A DNA stretch of 47,491 bases from a virus. Position numbers and translations under genes: made by a program. The notes beneath the pieces are model-generated. The model saw only the letters and a program-made list of their open reading frames with translations. It did no database searches and was not told the DNA's origin. The first letter of the stretch is position 1; every line of letters starts with the position of its first letter. Positions 32,704 through 40,738 of this stretch are shown here, in pieces. The stretch lies in the IMG/VR virus record IMGVR_UViG_3300037467_000655, positions 1 to 47,491 of that record; one strand, 5' to 3'.

Positions 32704-33681
32704 TTACCGCAATTTCTTTGCTATGTCCTCAGCGCTTTCCCTGTAATAGACCTGAAGCATTCTTAAATCCTTGTGTCCTATCGCTCTAGCAAGGGCGTTA
32801 ATGTCCAGTTTAGACGCTAGTCTAGTTACGGCCTCAGCGCGTGAGTCGTGGAAGTGCAAGTCTTTGATAAGAGCCCTGTCCTTTGCTTTCCTGAACAACG
32901 CATCAATCTGTTGCGTCTTTAAACAAAATACAGAGTCCTCGTTCCGATCCAGGCTCTTAAGAATCTCTATCGCTTTTGGAGATAGAGGGACATCTCTATA
33001 TGCTGCCCGTGTCTTTCCAAAAGTTTTGAGGTAAGACTTATCCAAATACACTCTATCCCACGTCAGACCGGCAATCTCTCCAGCCCTCATTCCAGTCTCA
33101 ATAGCAAAGAGAAAAGCTGCTCCAACTCTTGCTGATATCGTTGACGGAGTATTTCCGTCATAGCCCAGGATGTACAGTAGCGTATCTATTTCTTTCTCGT
33201 TGATGCGTCTGTCGCGCGATTGTGGGGCCTCTGGGCGCTTGACTCCCTTCATTGGATGCTTGGGTAGCCACTTCCACTCATCAACTGCTGTAGAGCACGC
33301 AGCAGATAGTATGTTCCATTCACGTCTTACACTTGCTGCCGAGACTGACTTGAGCCTTCTATCGCGCCATCCTGCAATGTGCGGCTGATCCAGCTCAACC
33401 AGCTTTACATTCGCTATCTCATCCTCTAGTAACAAGTTAATCCGCGTCTTTTCCCACTTCTCGCCGCGTTTCTTGCTGCTAACCTCATCCCTGTAACGTT
33501 CCATTAACGCCCGAAAGGTAATATCAGGAACGCCGCTTGCTTTGCCTGCTACAATTAGAGCCTCAGTGTCTGCTGCCCATTTAGCGGCCTGTGTTTTGGA
33601 GTCGAAAGTAGCGTGTTTCTCTACCCCTAGTTTTCGAATCTCGACATACCAGCCCTTACCCCTCTTCCTGATATACGCCAT
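32704..33681 (-). CDS. int: Tyrosine integrase
   Basis: 325 aa. It has an N-terminal SAM-like domain, 'ETGMRAGEIAGLTWDRV', 'HFHDSRAEAVTRL' and 'GHKDLRMLQVYY' (R..H-x-x-R..Y). Confidence 0.9.
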   Translation of the reverse strand: MAYIRKRGKGWYVEIRKLGVEKHATFDSKTQAAKWAADTEALIVAGKASGVPDITFRALMERYRDEVSSKKRGEKWEKTRINLLLEDEIANVKLVELDQPHIAGWRDRRLKSVSAASVRREWNILSAACSTAVDEWKWLPKHPMKGVKRPEAPQSRDRRINEKEIDTLLYILGYDGNTPSTISARVGAAFLFAIETGMRAGEIAGLTWDRVYLDKSYLKTFGKTRAAYRDVPLSPKAIEILKSLDRNEDSVFCLKTQQIDALFRKAKDRALIKDLHFHDSRAEAVTRLASKLDINALARAIGHKDLRMLQVYYRESAEDIAKKLR

Positions 33682-33711
33682 GACGGAATCCCTGACGGAA
33701 AAATGACGGAA
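33681..33711. repeat. Three phased direct repeats of TGACGGAA (candidate arm-type/RDF binding sites)
   Basis: Copies at 33681-88, 33693-700 and 33704-711, spaced 12 and 11 bp. The first overlaps the int start codon. Confidence 0.6.
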
Positions 33712-33835
33712 TAGGGTAGCAAATAGAGTGGTTTTGGTACAGTTCGAGTTGGATTAAGTTGTAACGCGGAAGAGGCTGAAACCCAATGGATACGCGGGTA
33801 AGCGGCTAAATACGGGGGGTTGGGGAAATACTGCT

Positions 33836-33863
33836 TGGTGCCCAGAAGAGGACTCGTTGACCC
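33836..33863 (-). other. Candidate attP core: mimic of a tRNA 3' end
   Basis: The minus strand reads GGGTCAA-CGAGT-CCTCT-TCTGGGC-A-CCA. That is a T-loop remnant, a 5-nt T-stem strand, a 7-nt acceptor strand, a discriminator and CCA, in exactly tRNA spacing. Confidence 0.5.
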
Positions 33864-33889
33864 TTTATCCATGCCGTTTCCCAAGTGTT

Positions 33890-33909
33890 TGACGGAAAAA
33901 ATGACGGAG
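33890..33909. repeat. Two more direct repeats of TGACGGA(A/G)
   Basis: Copies at 33890-97 and 33902-09, spaced 12 bp, in the same orientation as the three at 33681-33711. Together they flank the tRNA-like core. Confidence 0.6.
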
Positions 33910-33910
33910 T

Positions 33911-34141
33911 TCATGCAAACTCTTCCGTATTTTCTCTCGGCCTTCCCTTTTGTTTCTGCCTGCATTTTACCAGCCATTCGTGCACATCGGACTCCAGCCA
34001 GAGCAAGGTTCGGCTACCTGGGATTACTAGGCGCGGCGGCAAACTGTTTGGCCGTCTCTTTACGTCCATGTAGATCGTATCTGGCGATTTGTGGAGTATT
34101 TTGCAAATCTCTGGCACGCCAAGCGTTCTAAGGTCACTCAT
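33911..34141 (-). CDS. xis: AlpA/excisionase-family DNA-binding protein (recombination directionality factor candidate)
   Basis: 76 aa. 'LGVPEICKILHKSPDTIYMDVKRRPNSLPPRLVIPGSRTLLWLESDVHEWL' is an HTH_17/AlpA pattern. Confidence 0.7.
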   Translation of the reverse strand: MSDLRTLGVPEICKILHKSPDTIYMDVKRRPNSLPPRLVIPGSRTLLWLESDVHEWLVKCRQKQKGRPRENTEEFA

Positions 34142-34481
34142 CCGGCACTTCCTCTCCGTATTTGCTTATAACATAGCAGCGCATAGCAGCGATGAGCGCA
34201 GTCTCACCTTCCTCCCATACCCACATTGGCTCTTTGTCGCACGGGCCATAACATGCGTACCATTTATCATTACTTGGCTCAAGAGTAATTTTATCTCTCC
34301 CGATAATCGGCCCGCCCTGTGACCAGTCGGTTGAGTACCTCTGATTGATAGGCTTCTTATGCGTAAAACAGTATTCAGTGTGCAATCTCGATGTGATGTG
34401 ATCAGTGGGGCATGCGTCCTTCCCCTCTGCCTTCGCTACCCACATATCTAGCAACGCCCCTGCAAGCTCAGATACCTTCAC
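34134..34481 (-). CDS. DUF2591-like phage protein
   Basis: 115 aa. 'LAGALLDMWVAKAEGKD' is a signature N-terminus. Confidence 0.55.
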   Translation of the reverse strand: MKVSELAGALLDMWVAKAEGKDACPTDHITSRLHTEYCFTHKKPINQRYSTDWSQGGPIIGRDKITLEPSNDKWYACYGPCDKEPMWVWEEGETALIAAMRCYVISKYGEEVPDE

Positions 34482-34816
34482 GATTCCCCCTCCATCTCCC
34501 TGATAACAGTCCGCAACCTCTCAATCTCATCTGCCGCCGCACGCTGTAGCGGATTCGTGGGGTATGGAGTTTCGATGTTCGGATAGATACCTCTGAGCCT
34601 GTCTACTATCGTTTCAGGATCAGCAATAGCGGCGGCAATCTGCTCTTTTGTTATCCTCCCATGCTCAGTAGGGCAGACTAAACGGGCTTCCTGCCAGGCT
34701 TGCCAGGCCAATGAAACGGTATCGTCAAGGAAACACTGTTCCTGTTCGTTCCATGTCAGTGGCAGGTTCGGTCTGACATACCGCATAAACCGCATGAAGT
34801 GCTCGCGGTTGGTCAT
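34478..34816 (-). CDS. Hypothetical protein (112 aa)
   Basis: Coupled ORF in the early-left operon. Confidence 0.45.
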   Translation of the reverse strand: MTNREHFMRFMRYVRPNLPLTWNEQEQCFLDDTVSLAWQAWQEARLVCPTEHGRITKEQIAAAIADPETIVDRLRGIYPNIETPYPTNPLQRAAADEIERLRTVIREMEGES

Positions 34817-35433
34817 TTCTTCTCCAGTGCGTCGCGGAGGTCGTTACTTAAACTCCATACGTCAACCCCGTTAAACATGCCGATATCGGATTTATCCGCA
34901 AGCGCTTCGAGAACAGGCAAAGACTTCTCCGCCGCCTTCCGCAGTTCGTCAGATTGTGGGCGAGTGTAGAGTTTTGCGCCAATATCAAATGGGCATCGAC
35001 CATTCAGAATAGGGAAAAATCGAATCGTTGCTGTCAGGTCAATTTCTCTGTAAGAAATTACTTCGGCCACCGGCTCAGCCTCCTGCGCTGGCGGTGTCGC
35101 TCTCTTAACTGCTTCGAGCGTATCTCGAATAATCGCGTATCCATGATGGCCCTCGTGAAAATTCACAAGTTTTCCGAGATGGGATAGGATAGGATCGTCC
35201 GAATTGTGGGCATTCGACGGGACTGAATCGCAGATAATCATTGCTAACTCAAGGGCTCGAAGAACTGCCTCATGCACTGATGGCTGCGCTGGCGGTGTCG
35301 GGGCGGCTGCGAGCATGTCTATAAATATTTCCTTGGCATCAAGGTGGGCATAGGAAACACCGAGTCTCTTTTCTATTTCTGCGGCCCCAGTCCTTATCAT
35401 CTCTTCTGTCGGCCATCCTTCTGGTATATTCAT
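34813..35433 (-). CDS. Hypothetical protein (206 aa) with a duplicated Pro/Ala linker
   Basis: Coupled ORF. 'APTPPAQP' and 'ATPPAQEAEP' are encoded by a 17-nt exact direct repeat. Confidence 0.45.
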   Translation of the reverse strand: MNIPEGWPTEEMIRTGAAEIEKRLGVSYAHLDAKEIFIDMLAAAPTPPAQPSVHEAVLRALELAMIICDSVPSNAHNSDDPILSHLGKLVNFHEGHHGYAIIRDTLEAVKRATPPAQEAEPVAEVISYREIDLTATIRFFPILNGRCPFDIGAKLYTRPQSDELRKAAEKSLPVLEALADKSDIGMFNGVDVWSLSNDLRDALEKK

Positions 35434-35792
35434 TTCACGCCCCGTATTAAACGCTCTGTCGCTTTTTGGTAAGCCTCAGCATCTATGATCAATTCCGCCA
35501 AACCCGTCTTCAATTGCTCTACTTCAGCATGAAGCGCGGCGTTTTTGGCTTCCTCGTTGTCAACAGCTTTGTTCGCGGACACCAGGCTTTCGGTTAATAA
35601 ATTGATCTGCGCCTTGAGCGCGGCGTTTTCTTCCAATGCTGCGAGATGGCTATCTCGATGATGCGATGCTCTCACCTTGAGCGCATCAATCTCGGGCTGG
35701 CGAGCGTTCCAGCCTTGACCTGCGGCCCACTTGTCGCCGCCGTACATGAGATTTTCATCAGCCCACTTCTCGAATTCTTCTCTGCCGCTCAT
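35430..35792 (-). CDS. Hypothetical coiled-coil protein (120 aa from ATG 35792)
   Basis: 'EEFEKWADEN...' followed by heptad-rich sequence. The ATG overlaps the upstream stop (TGATG). Confidence 0.45.
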   Translation of the reverse strand: MSGREEFEKWADENLMYGGDKWAAGQGWNARQPEIDALKVRASHHRDSHLAALEENAALKAQINLLTESLVSANKAVDNEEAKNAALHAEVEQLKTGLAELIIDAEAYQKATERLIRGVK

Positions 35793-35926
35793 CACTTCCC
35801 CCAATCCCTTATAGCCACGTAAATCTTCCCTACGTACTTAACGCCTAGCCATACAGCACAAGTAATACCGGCTACTACGAATAGGAACTCGACGATGTTC
35901 CATGCAACTTGTGACCAATCAATCAT
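35792..35926 (-). CDS. Small membrane protein (44 aa, below track cutoff)
   Basis: The product is MIDWSQVAWNIVEFLFVVAGITCAVWLGVKYVGKIYVAIRDWGK. ATGA overlap with the upstream gene. Confidence 0.45.
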   Translation of the reverse strand: MIDWSQVAWNIVEFLFVVAGITCAVWLGVKYVGKIYVAIRDWGK

Positions 35927-36276
35927 GACGGCTCCTTGTGCTTGGCGAGGAGGGCTACCGCTCTGTTACCGAGTTCGTTCGTGTATTTGCCATGCGCAAG
36001 TTCACGCAACACGTCCAAAGCCTCGTCGCGCTCTTGCGTAAGCTGCCTGTTCTTGACTGCAACGGAAGTAACCATACAAAGAACGTCTCCTTCTTCCTCA
36101 ATCCTCCCTGTGGCGCATCCCTCAAACGCATTCCAGCAAGCGACTAGACGGCGGGCGTTGGCCTTTATCTCTTCGTCGCTTTTCCATACACCAATAACAT
36201 CAGCGACTAAGTAACCCTCTTCGTCAATAATAGAGTTATCGTCGTCTACGACAAGCCTTCCTTCCGTATGGCTCAT
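35923..36276 (-). CDS. Hypothetical protein (117 aa)
   Basis: 'MSHTEGRL...ANARRLVACWNAFEG' is a pattern common in small phage early proteins. ATG 36276 overlaps the upstream TGA. Confidence 0.45.
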   Translation of the reverse strand: MSHTEGRLVVDDDNSIIDEEGYLVADVIGVWKSDEEIKANARRLVACWNAFEGCATGRIEEEGDVLCMVTSVAVKNRQLTQERDEALDVLRELAHGKYTNELGNRAVALLAKHKEPS

Positions 36277-36785
36277 TTTCCACTCCACAAGACAGGCTGC
36301 AGGGAGTAGGGCAAGTAAAGCGGGTGCGCCGGGCTCCCGTCAGAGTTGAGTTTCAGGTAATGGATTTTCTCGGGCGAATGACGCTGAATGAGTTTCCTGA
36401 TCAGATTGCCGGCAGTTAGATAAGCCCCATGTGTTCCCCAGGCACAAATCGCCATGGCGCAATCCTGTACGGCATCTACAATGGCATCCACATTCCCCGG
36501 GCCAACAGGATCATCAGCCTCATAAAGCGCCTTTGGATCTGTAGACCTCAGTGCGAAGAGATTGACCACTTCCAATCCGCCATACCCCAGCATTTCCGCA
36601 CGTTTCTTGCATCGTGATACCGTTGGATCGAGCGCATTCTCATCAGCCGTAGAAGGATTGAGCATGACGAAACACGCCTTGGGCTTTGTCTCATCCCACA
36701 CTCGCCATAGCCGGTATCGGTAGCGCTCGCAGTCCGAAAAGACCGCGCCAGCGGAAGCGATACCGCGTTCAATCGTGCCGCTCAT
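36273..36785 (-). CDS. DUF1643 domain protein
   Basis: 170 aa from ATG 36785. 'CERYRYRLWRVW...ACFVMLNPSTADENALDPTVSRC...VVNLFALRSTDP'. Confidence 0.7.
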   Translation of the reverse strand: MSGTIERGIASAGAVFSDCERYRYRLWRVWDETKPKACFVMLNPSTADENALDPTVSRCKKRAEMLGYGGLEVVNLFALRSTDPKALYEADDPVGPGNVDAIVDAVQDCAMAICAWGTHGAYLTAGNLIRKLIQRHSPEKIHYLKLNSDGSPAHPLYLPYSLQPVLWSGK

Positions 36786-37075
36786 GCCTGAATACCCCTC
36801 TCTTCCTTTATCTGTTTCCACCAGTCATAGACGGTTCCTGCGCTAACTCCCAACGCCTTGCCAACTTTTACGTTGCTCAGCCCCTCTGACTTCATTTGGA
36901 TAATCTTGTCCGCAACAGCCTTAATTCGCTCCCTTGCCTGGGTCTTGTTGGCAGGTTCCGGGCGAGCAACAGTCTCCTGCCTCATGCATCCTTGTAAGTC
37001 TCTAAGCAGAGTGGTGAGGTATATGACCGGATGCCATGTGTAAGCTCCTGTCTCTATTGTTGGGTAGTCGCTCAT
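36782..37075 (-). CDS. HTH DNA-binding protein
   Basis: 97 aa. The C-terminal 'EGLSNVKVGKALGVSAGTVYDWWKQ' is a helix-turn-helix. Confidence 0.5.
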   Translation of the reverse strand: MSDYPTIETGAYTWHPVIYLTTLLRDLQGCMRQETVARPEPANKTQARERIKAVADKIIQMKSEGLSNVKVGKALGVSAGTVYDWWKQIKEERGIQA

Positions 37076-37299
37076 GTCCGAACTCCTTCAATCGGCATGG
37101 TCATTTCAATTTCTGGCGCACATTCCATTTGCTTTGCTATCTCGGCATGGTGAGCAATATCTCTATCTGTCATGTAGCCGAGTACGCTTATGATTGCGAC
37201 GATGAACAGCCAAGCAAATGTCCACTTCAGTGACTTGCTAAGAGGCTTGCGCGTTGGCTTTGCAGGGTTGCATGCGCGGAACAGTTTGTCGTGGTTCAT
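37072..37299 (-). CDS. Membrane protein (75 aa)
   Basis: Single TM segment 'WTFAWLFIVAIISVLGYM'. Confidence 0.45.
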   Translation of the reverse strand: MNHDKLFRACNPAKPTRKPLSKSLKWTFAWLFIVAIISVLGYMTDRDIAHHAEIAKQMECAPEIEMTMPIEGVRT

Positions 37300-37496
37300 T
37301 TCTTCCTCGCCTCCAGCATTGCGTCTGCGATGTCATACGCCTTTCGAGCAACCCCATTAACCTTATTTGGGTCGATGTAACAATCCAGCGATTGGGAAGC
37401 GCACTCGCCTTGCATAGCCTTTGCCGCAAAATAATCCCTGAGAGTGAGGCCAAACGCTGGCCCGCCGGTATCTTCTTTGCTCATGTTGTTCTCCAT
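37296..37496 (-). CDS. Hypothetical protein (66 aa)
   Basis: 'GLTLRDYFAAKAMQG' is a motif recurrent in small phage proteins. Confidence 0.45.
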   Translation of the reverse strand: MENNMSKEDTGGPAFGLTLRDYFAAKAMQGECASQSLDCYIDPNKVNGVARKAYDIADAMLEARKK

Positions 37497-37909
37497 CAGA
37501 AGGGGATATCTGAATCATCCGCAGCGGAAAAATCACCCTTCGTCGCTGGCTTGCTTTGCGCCGGTTGAGAGTCGCCCTTGCTGCCGAGCATCTGCATGTT
37601 CTCGACGATGATCTTTGTGGAGTACTTCTCGACTCCGGCCTTATCGGTGTACTTGTCAGTTTTCATCCTGCCGCTGACAAAAACTTGGCTACCTTTCTTG
37701 AGGTACTTTTCGCAAATCTCGCCTAGCTTGCCAAACGCGGTACAGCTAACCCACTCCGTTGACTCCTGCTTCTCGCCGGATTTGTCTTTCCAGGCGCTGC
37801 CCACCGCAAGGCTAAAGCTGGAAACAGCGTCTCCGCTCGACGTGTAGCGGGTATCAACGTCCTTGCCGAGCCTCCCGATAAATTGACACTGGTTTAGATC
37901 GCTTGCCAT
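37496..37909 (-). CDS. ssb: Single-stranded DNA-binding protein
   Basis: 137 aa. It has an OB-fold N-terminus 'NQCQFIGRLGKDVDTRYTSSGDAV...TEWVSCTAFGKLGE' and an acidic tip 'DDSDIPF'. Confidence 0.9.
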   Translation of the reverse strand: MASDLNQCQFIGRLGKDVDTRYTSSGDAVSSFSLAVGSAWKDKSGEKQESTEWVSCTAFGKLGEICEKYLKKGSQVFVSGRMKTDKYTDKAGVEKYSTKIIVENMQMLGSKGDSQPAQSKPATKGDFSAADDSDIPF

Positions 37910-38533
37910 TTATGCTGCCTCCTTAATTGTTTGAAGTGTTTCGTGGACTAGGCAGATAAACTCATCACGCCTCGCCCTTAATCGTTTAATCTCGTCTTGG
38001 TAATCTTCGTGATACAGCCGGTGAACGATTAACTGTTTCTCTTCAGGGAACTCCGCGCAGTAGCTGATAAAGTCAACCCATTCCCTTCCGGTGCAATCCA
38101 GGTGGCCTACCAATTGCCACTTGTAGGACGGATCAAAGCTATTCCGGCGCAGTGTTGCGTAGTGCGTGGAGGCTATGACTGACTTGATCTCGACTACTCC
38201 TTGCTTGCCTATCAGGCCATCCGGTGAATCGCCGTAGCTGCCCCAGTCAAAGAATCCGCCGTTCAGCACGTCACAGAAATGTTCTTGTTCGTACAGCATT
38301 CTGGCTACCGGCTCCTGTTCGTGGCCTCGCTCCATATGCTCATTGGAGAAACCTGATTCAGTCTTCTTCCCGGTAAGCATTTCCAGAGCAATCTGTATTG
38401 CGTATTTCTTGGCTGGATCGCCGAATGCGCGACCTTCGTTAGCCATGATTACGCAGAACTGTGACGCTGTAGCCTTGCCTAGCCGCAGCTGTATCCATTG
38501 ATCGGAGTTTTGGGGAACATCGTGGAAGATCAC
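37910..38533 (-). CDS. YqaJ-type (lambda Exo-like) recombination exonuclease
   Basis: 207 aa. 'QNSDQWIQLRLGKATASQ', 'MERGHEQEPVAR', 'SPDGLIGKQGVVEIKS'. Confidence 0.8.
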   Translation of the reverse strand: MIFHDVPQNSDQWIQLRLGKATASQFCVIMANEGRAFGDPAKKYAIQIALEMLTGKKTESGFSNEHMERGHEQEPVARMLYEQEHFCDVLNGGFFDWGSYGDSPDGLIGKQGVVEIKSVIASTHYATLRRNSFDPSYKWQLVGHLDCTGREWVDFISYCAEFPEEKQLIVHRLYHEDYQDEIKRLRARRDEFICLVHETLQTIKEAA

Positions 38534-38817
38534 GCTGATTCCCTCAGCGCGTCACGTAGGTTATCCAAAACCTCGTATTCTTCGTTTGTATCGAACCCAT
38601 ACCCGGCTTCTAACTCTGTTAGAAGAAGCTCTGCGTCCTCTGCGGCTCTCCGCAGTTTGTCGTTGGTCTTGCGGGTGTAGAGCGCTATAACCTCCGCCCC
38701 CTCTTCCGCCGCTTGATCCGCTAGAACTTGTATATACGTGACAGTGCGCGGCTCAGACTCACCATGTCGCACAACCCAGGCATACGGCGCATCTTCTGTA
38801 TGGCTCATTCCGCACAC
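38530..38817 (-). CDS. Hypothetical protein (95 aa)
   Basis: Coupled ORF. No motif recognised. Confidence 0.4.
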   Translation of the reverse strand: MCGMSHTEDAPYAWVVRHGESEPRTVTYIQVLADQAAEEGAEVIALYTRKTNDKLRRAAEDAELLLTELEAGYGFDTNEEYEVLDNLRDALRESA

Positions 38818-39296
38818 TCCGCAATGAGCTGAGCCTGATGCTCTTCGCTGATACTTACTTTTGATAGTACCGAGTCAAGGTTTCCGTCCCGTTTGTAGGC
38901 TTCCTTAGCCCTATCCCATCCCTTGCTGCCCGGTACCAGAACTTTCTTCTCCGGTGCGTGAGGACTGATCCGCAGCCCCTCGACAGTCTCTTTTCCGAAA
39001 CGAACGTTGCTGTCCACGTAGACGGTTATCCTCACGTTCTGCCAGTCGTCGATAAATGCTGATCCTGTTAGTCCGCTCATCGTTTTGCTGTTCGATGCGT
39101 TCAGGATCATCGGTTTCAGCTTTTCACCGGGCCGGATTTCCTTTTCGACAAAGTAAGCGGTGTTAAAGGAGTCACGGGTTTTCTTGGTCTGGTCTATCTC
39201 AAGCGCTACGTGATGCACCGTCAGAACGGTAGGCTCTACAATGTCCGCGCTGGAAAGGTAGGGACTGTTAAATGCTTTTCTGTAATGTGTTTTCAT
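38805..39296 (-). CDS. Conserved hypothetical phage protein (163 aa) adjacent to the recombination genes
   Basis: 'SPYLSSADI...LKPMILNASNSKTM...FIDDWQNVRITVYVD...GLRI'. I recall similar ORFs near phage recombinases, function unknown. Confidence 0.45.
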   Translation of the reverse strand: MKTHYRKAFNSPYLSSADIVEPTVLTVHHVALEIDQTKKTRDSFNTAYFVEKEIRPGEKLKPMILNASNSKTMSGLTGSAFIDDWQNVRITVYVDSNVRFGKETVEGLRISPHAPEKKVLVPGSKGWDRAKEAYKRDGNLDSVLSKVSISEEHQAQLIAECAE

Positions 39297-39359
39297 TTTT
39301 CACCTCTTAGAATTAATCCCGGCTGTCTGCAACGTGCGCCGGGGGACACGGGGAGGGGA

Positions 39360-39686
39360 TCAGGCAGACTCTGAGGGTATTTCTACTTCTTGCCATTCGG
39401 TGTGAATCCACTCCATGAACCCCGGCCATCTTTCTACCTGCTCTGGATCAGGCCCATGTGTTACATTGCATATAGAAGCAAAAACGTGCTTTTCACCGCG
39501 CATAGCCGCCACCCGATACCGCACCTTTACTAGCTCAGGCTTGACGCGGTATGCGCAGCCAGTAACCCATTCAGGCTTATCAATATCAAGCCACAATCCA
39601 TCGTCTGCTTGAACCTGAACGACTTTCCCGTCAGCCCAAGCCTTAATCACTTCTGCATGCTTGTGTGGTTTACGTTCGTTACTCAC
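39360..39686 (-). CDS. Hypothetical protein (108 aa)
   Basis: 'HKHAEVIKAWADGKVVQV...YRVKP' is a recurrent phage motif. Confidence 0.45.
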   Translation of the reverse strand: MSNERKPHKHAEVIKAWADGKVVQVQADDGLWLDIDKPEWVTGCAYRVKPELVKVRYRVAAMRGEKHVFASICNVTHGPDPEQVERWPGFMEWIHTEWQEVEIPSESA

Positions 39687-39945
39687 CGTTCGCCCTCCTG
39701 AATTTTTCAGCAGCCATGTCTATCGCATCGCGCAGAGTGTTCTCTTTCGTTCTCTGGCCTAGCAGATCGTAGATAACGAATTTGCTGCTCGTGGTACTTG
39801 TGGAGCGCTGGTAATGCGATTTATCCAGGTCGCAATGCTCGCCTAGCCAGTCCAAGCGCTCCGTGTCGGTCAATTTTTGCGGCACAGGACGGCGCTCGAT
39901 TAACGCGGTCTGCTCATACCAGCGAAGGGATTCTAGGGCGCTCAT
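39679..39945 (-). CDS. Hypothetical protein (88 aa)
   Basis: Coupled ORF. Confidence 0.4.
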   Translation of the reverse strand: MSALESLRWYEQTALIERRPVPQKLTDTERLDWLGEHCDLDKSHYQRSTSTTSSKFVIYDLLGQRTKENTLRDAIDMAAEKFRRANGE

Positions 39946-40124
39946 GATTGCTCTTCCTTGTAGAAGAGTTCGACAGGGTTATATGGAGCGAACGTCCTGA
40001 ATGCTGATTTTTCCAAACCGCTTGCTACCTCATCTGCCCTGTCGAATGTCTTAAAGTGCATACCCCAAACAGGGCATCCATCTTTATCAACTATCCCCCA
40101 TCCGTAACTTTTCATCCCTTCCAT
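39942..40124 (-). CDS. Hypothetical protein (60 aa from ATG 40124; track ORF extends to 40253)
   Basis: A strong AGGAGGGG SD lies 3 nt upstream of ATG 40124 (MEGMKSYGWGIVDKDG...). The upstream in-frame extension has only a TTG or weak ATG start. Confidence 0.45.
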   Translation of the reverse strand: MEGMKSYGWGIVDKDGCPVWGMHFKTFDRADEVASGLEKSAFRTFAPYNPVELFYKEEQS

Positions 40125-40385
40125 ATTCCCCTCCTGTGATAACTGGTAGAGCGCGGCACGTGCTGATCTCGTGCTTTCCTCTGTTCTGCGGCGTAAGGCA
40201 ACTCCACCCAAGGCGTGGTCAGCTCCCGACATTTGCCCCGCATACATCGCCAATCAGCCTTGGCAATTCCCCGCTCATACGGCTGGTTACTGAATAGACC
40301 CACCAAGTTCAGACGCTACTCTGATACTCCCGGCAGCTACCGGGCCACCTAATGGATATTCCCCTTCAATAACCATGCGTATGAG

Positions 40386-40399
40386 GCCGGTTTCCCGGC
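40386..40399 (-). other. Hairpin GCCGG-GAAA-CCGGC (minus-strand RNA), copy 2
   Basis: A 5-bp GC stem with a GNRA tetraloop, 7 nt downstream of the 34-aa ORF stop. Confidence 0.5.
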
Positions 40400-40405
40400 G
40401 CTCTG

Positions 40406-40510
40406 TTACTCTTCCTCTCCCGTTCCGCACTTGATGAACATCCCCGCAAGCAGTCCTACAGGAGCGGATAAAACAATCCAAAATGCGAATATCCATTCAA
40501 GCAGAGTCAT
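40406..40510 (-). CDS. Mini membrane protein (34 aa, below track cutoff), first ORF after the PL-like promoter
   Basis: GGAGG lies 5 nt upstream. The product is MTLLEWIFAFWIVLSAPVGLLAGMFIKCGTGEEE. Confidence 0.45.
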   Translation of the reverse strand: MTLLEWIFAFWIVLSAPVGLLAGMFIKCGTGEEE

Positions 40511-40532
40511 GATTCCTCCATCTTGTTTTAAT

Positions 40533-40548
40533 GCCGGTCTTTCCCGGC
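40533..40548 (-). other. Hairpin GCCGG-GAAAGA-CCGGC (minus-strand RNA), copy 1; boxB-like
   Basis: It has the same stem as copy 2 and sits in the 5' leader about 120 nt downstream of the promoter. The loop resembles lambda nutL boxB (GAAGA). Confidence 0.45.
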
Positions 40549-40664
40549 TGTCATCCTTGCTTAAGGGAACCCGGAGTGCTCCATTTAAGGAACTCGTGGC
40601 TTTTAACGAGGCCAAGCCCTCGAAGCGTTGCTGCTCTTCGTGCCGTTTTGTGCGGCATGGGAGA

Positions 40665-40693
40665 ACTATAGCAAAGCTATACGCTAAATGCAA
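40665..40693 (-). promoter_or_regulatory. PL-like early-left promoter
   Basis: The minus strand reads TTGCAT (40693-40688), a 17-nt spacer, then TATAGT (40670-40665). Two operator-like palindromes overlap it. Confidence 0.7.
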
Positions 40694-40708
40694 TAGCTCT
40701 GCTACAGT
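40665..40708. promoter_or_regulatory. OL-like operators (2 sites)
   Basis: ACTATAGCAAAGCTATACG (40665-83) and GCAATAGCTCTGCTACAGT (40690-708). The core is TAGC-N3-GCTA and the centres are 25 bp apart. Confidence 0.65.
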
Positions 40709-40738
40709 TTTCTGCTACAATACGGTTTCGATGAGCAA

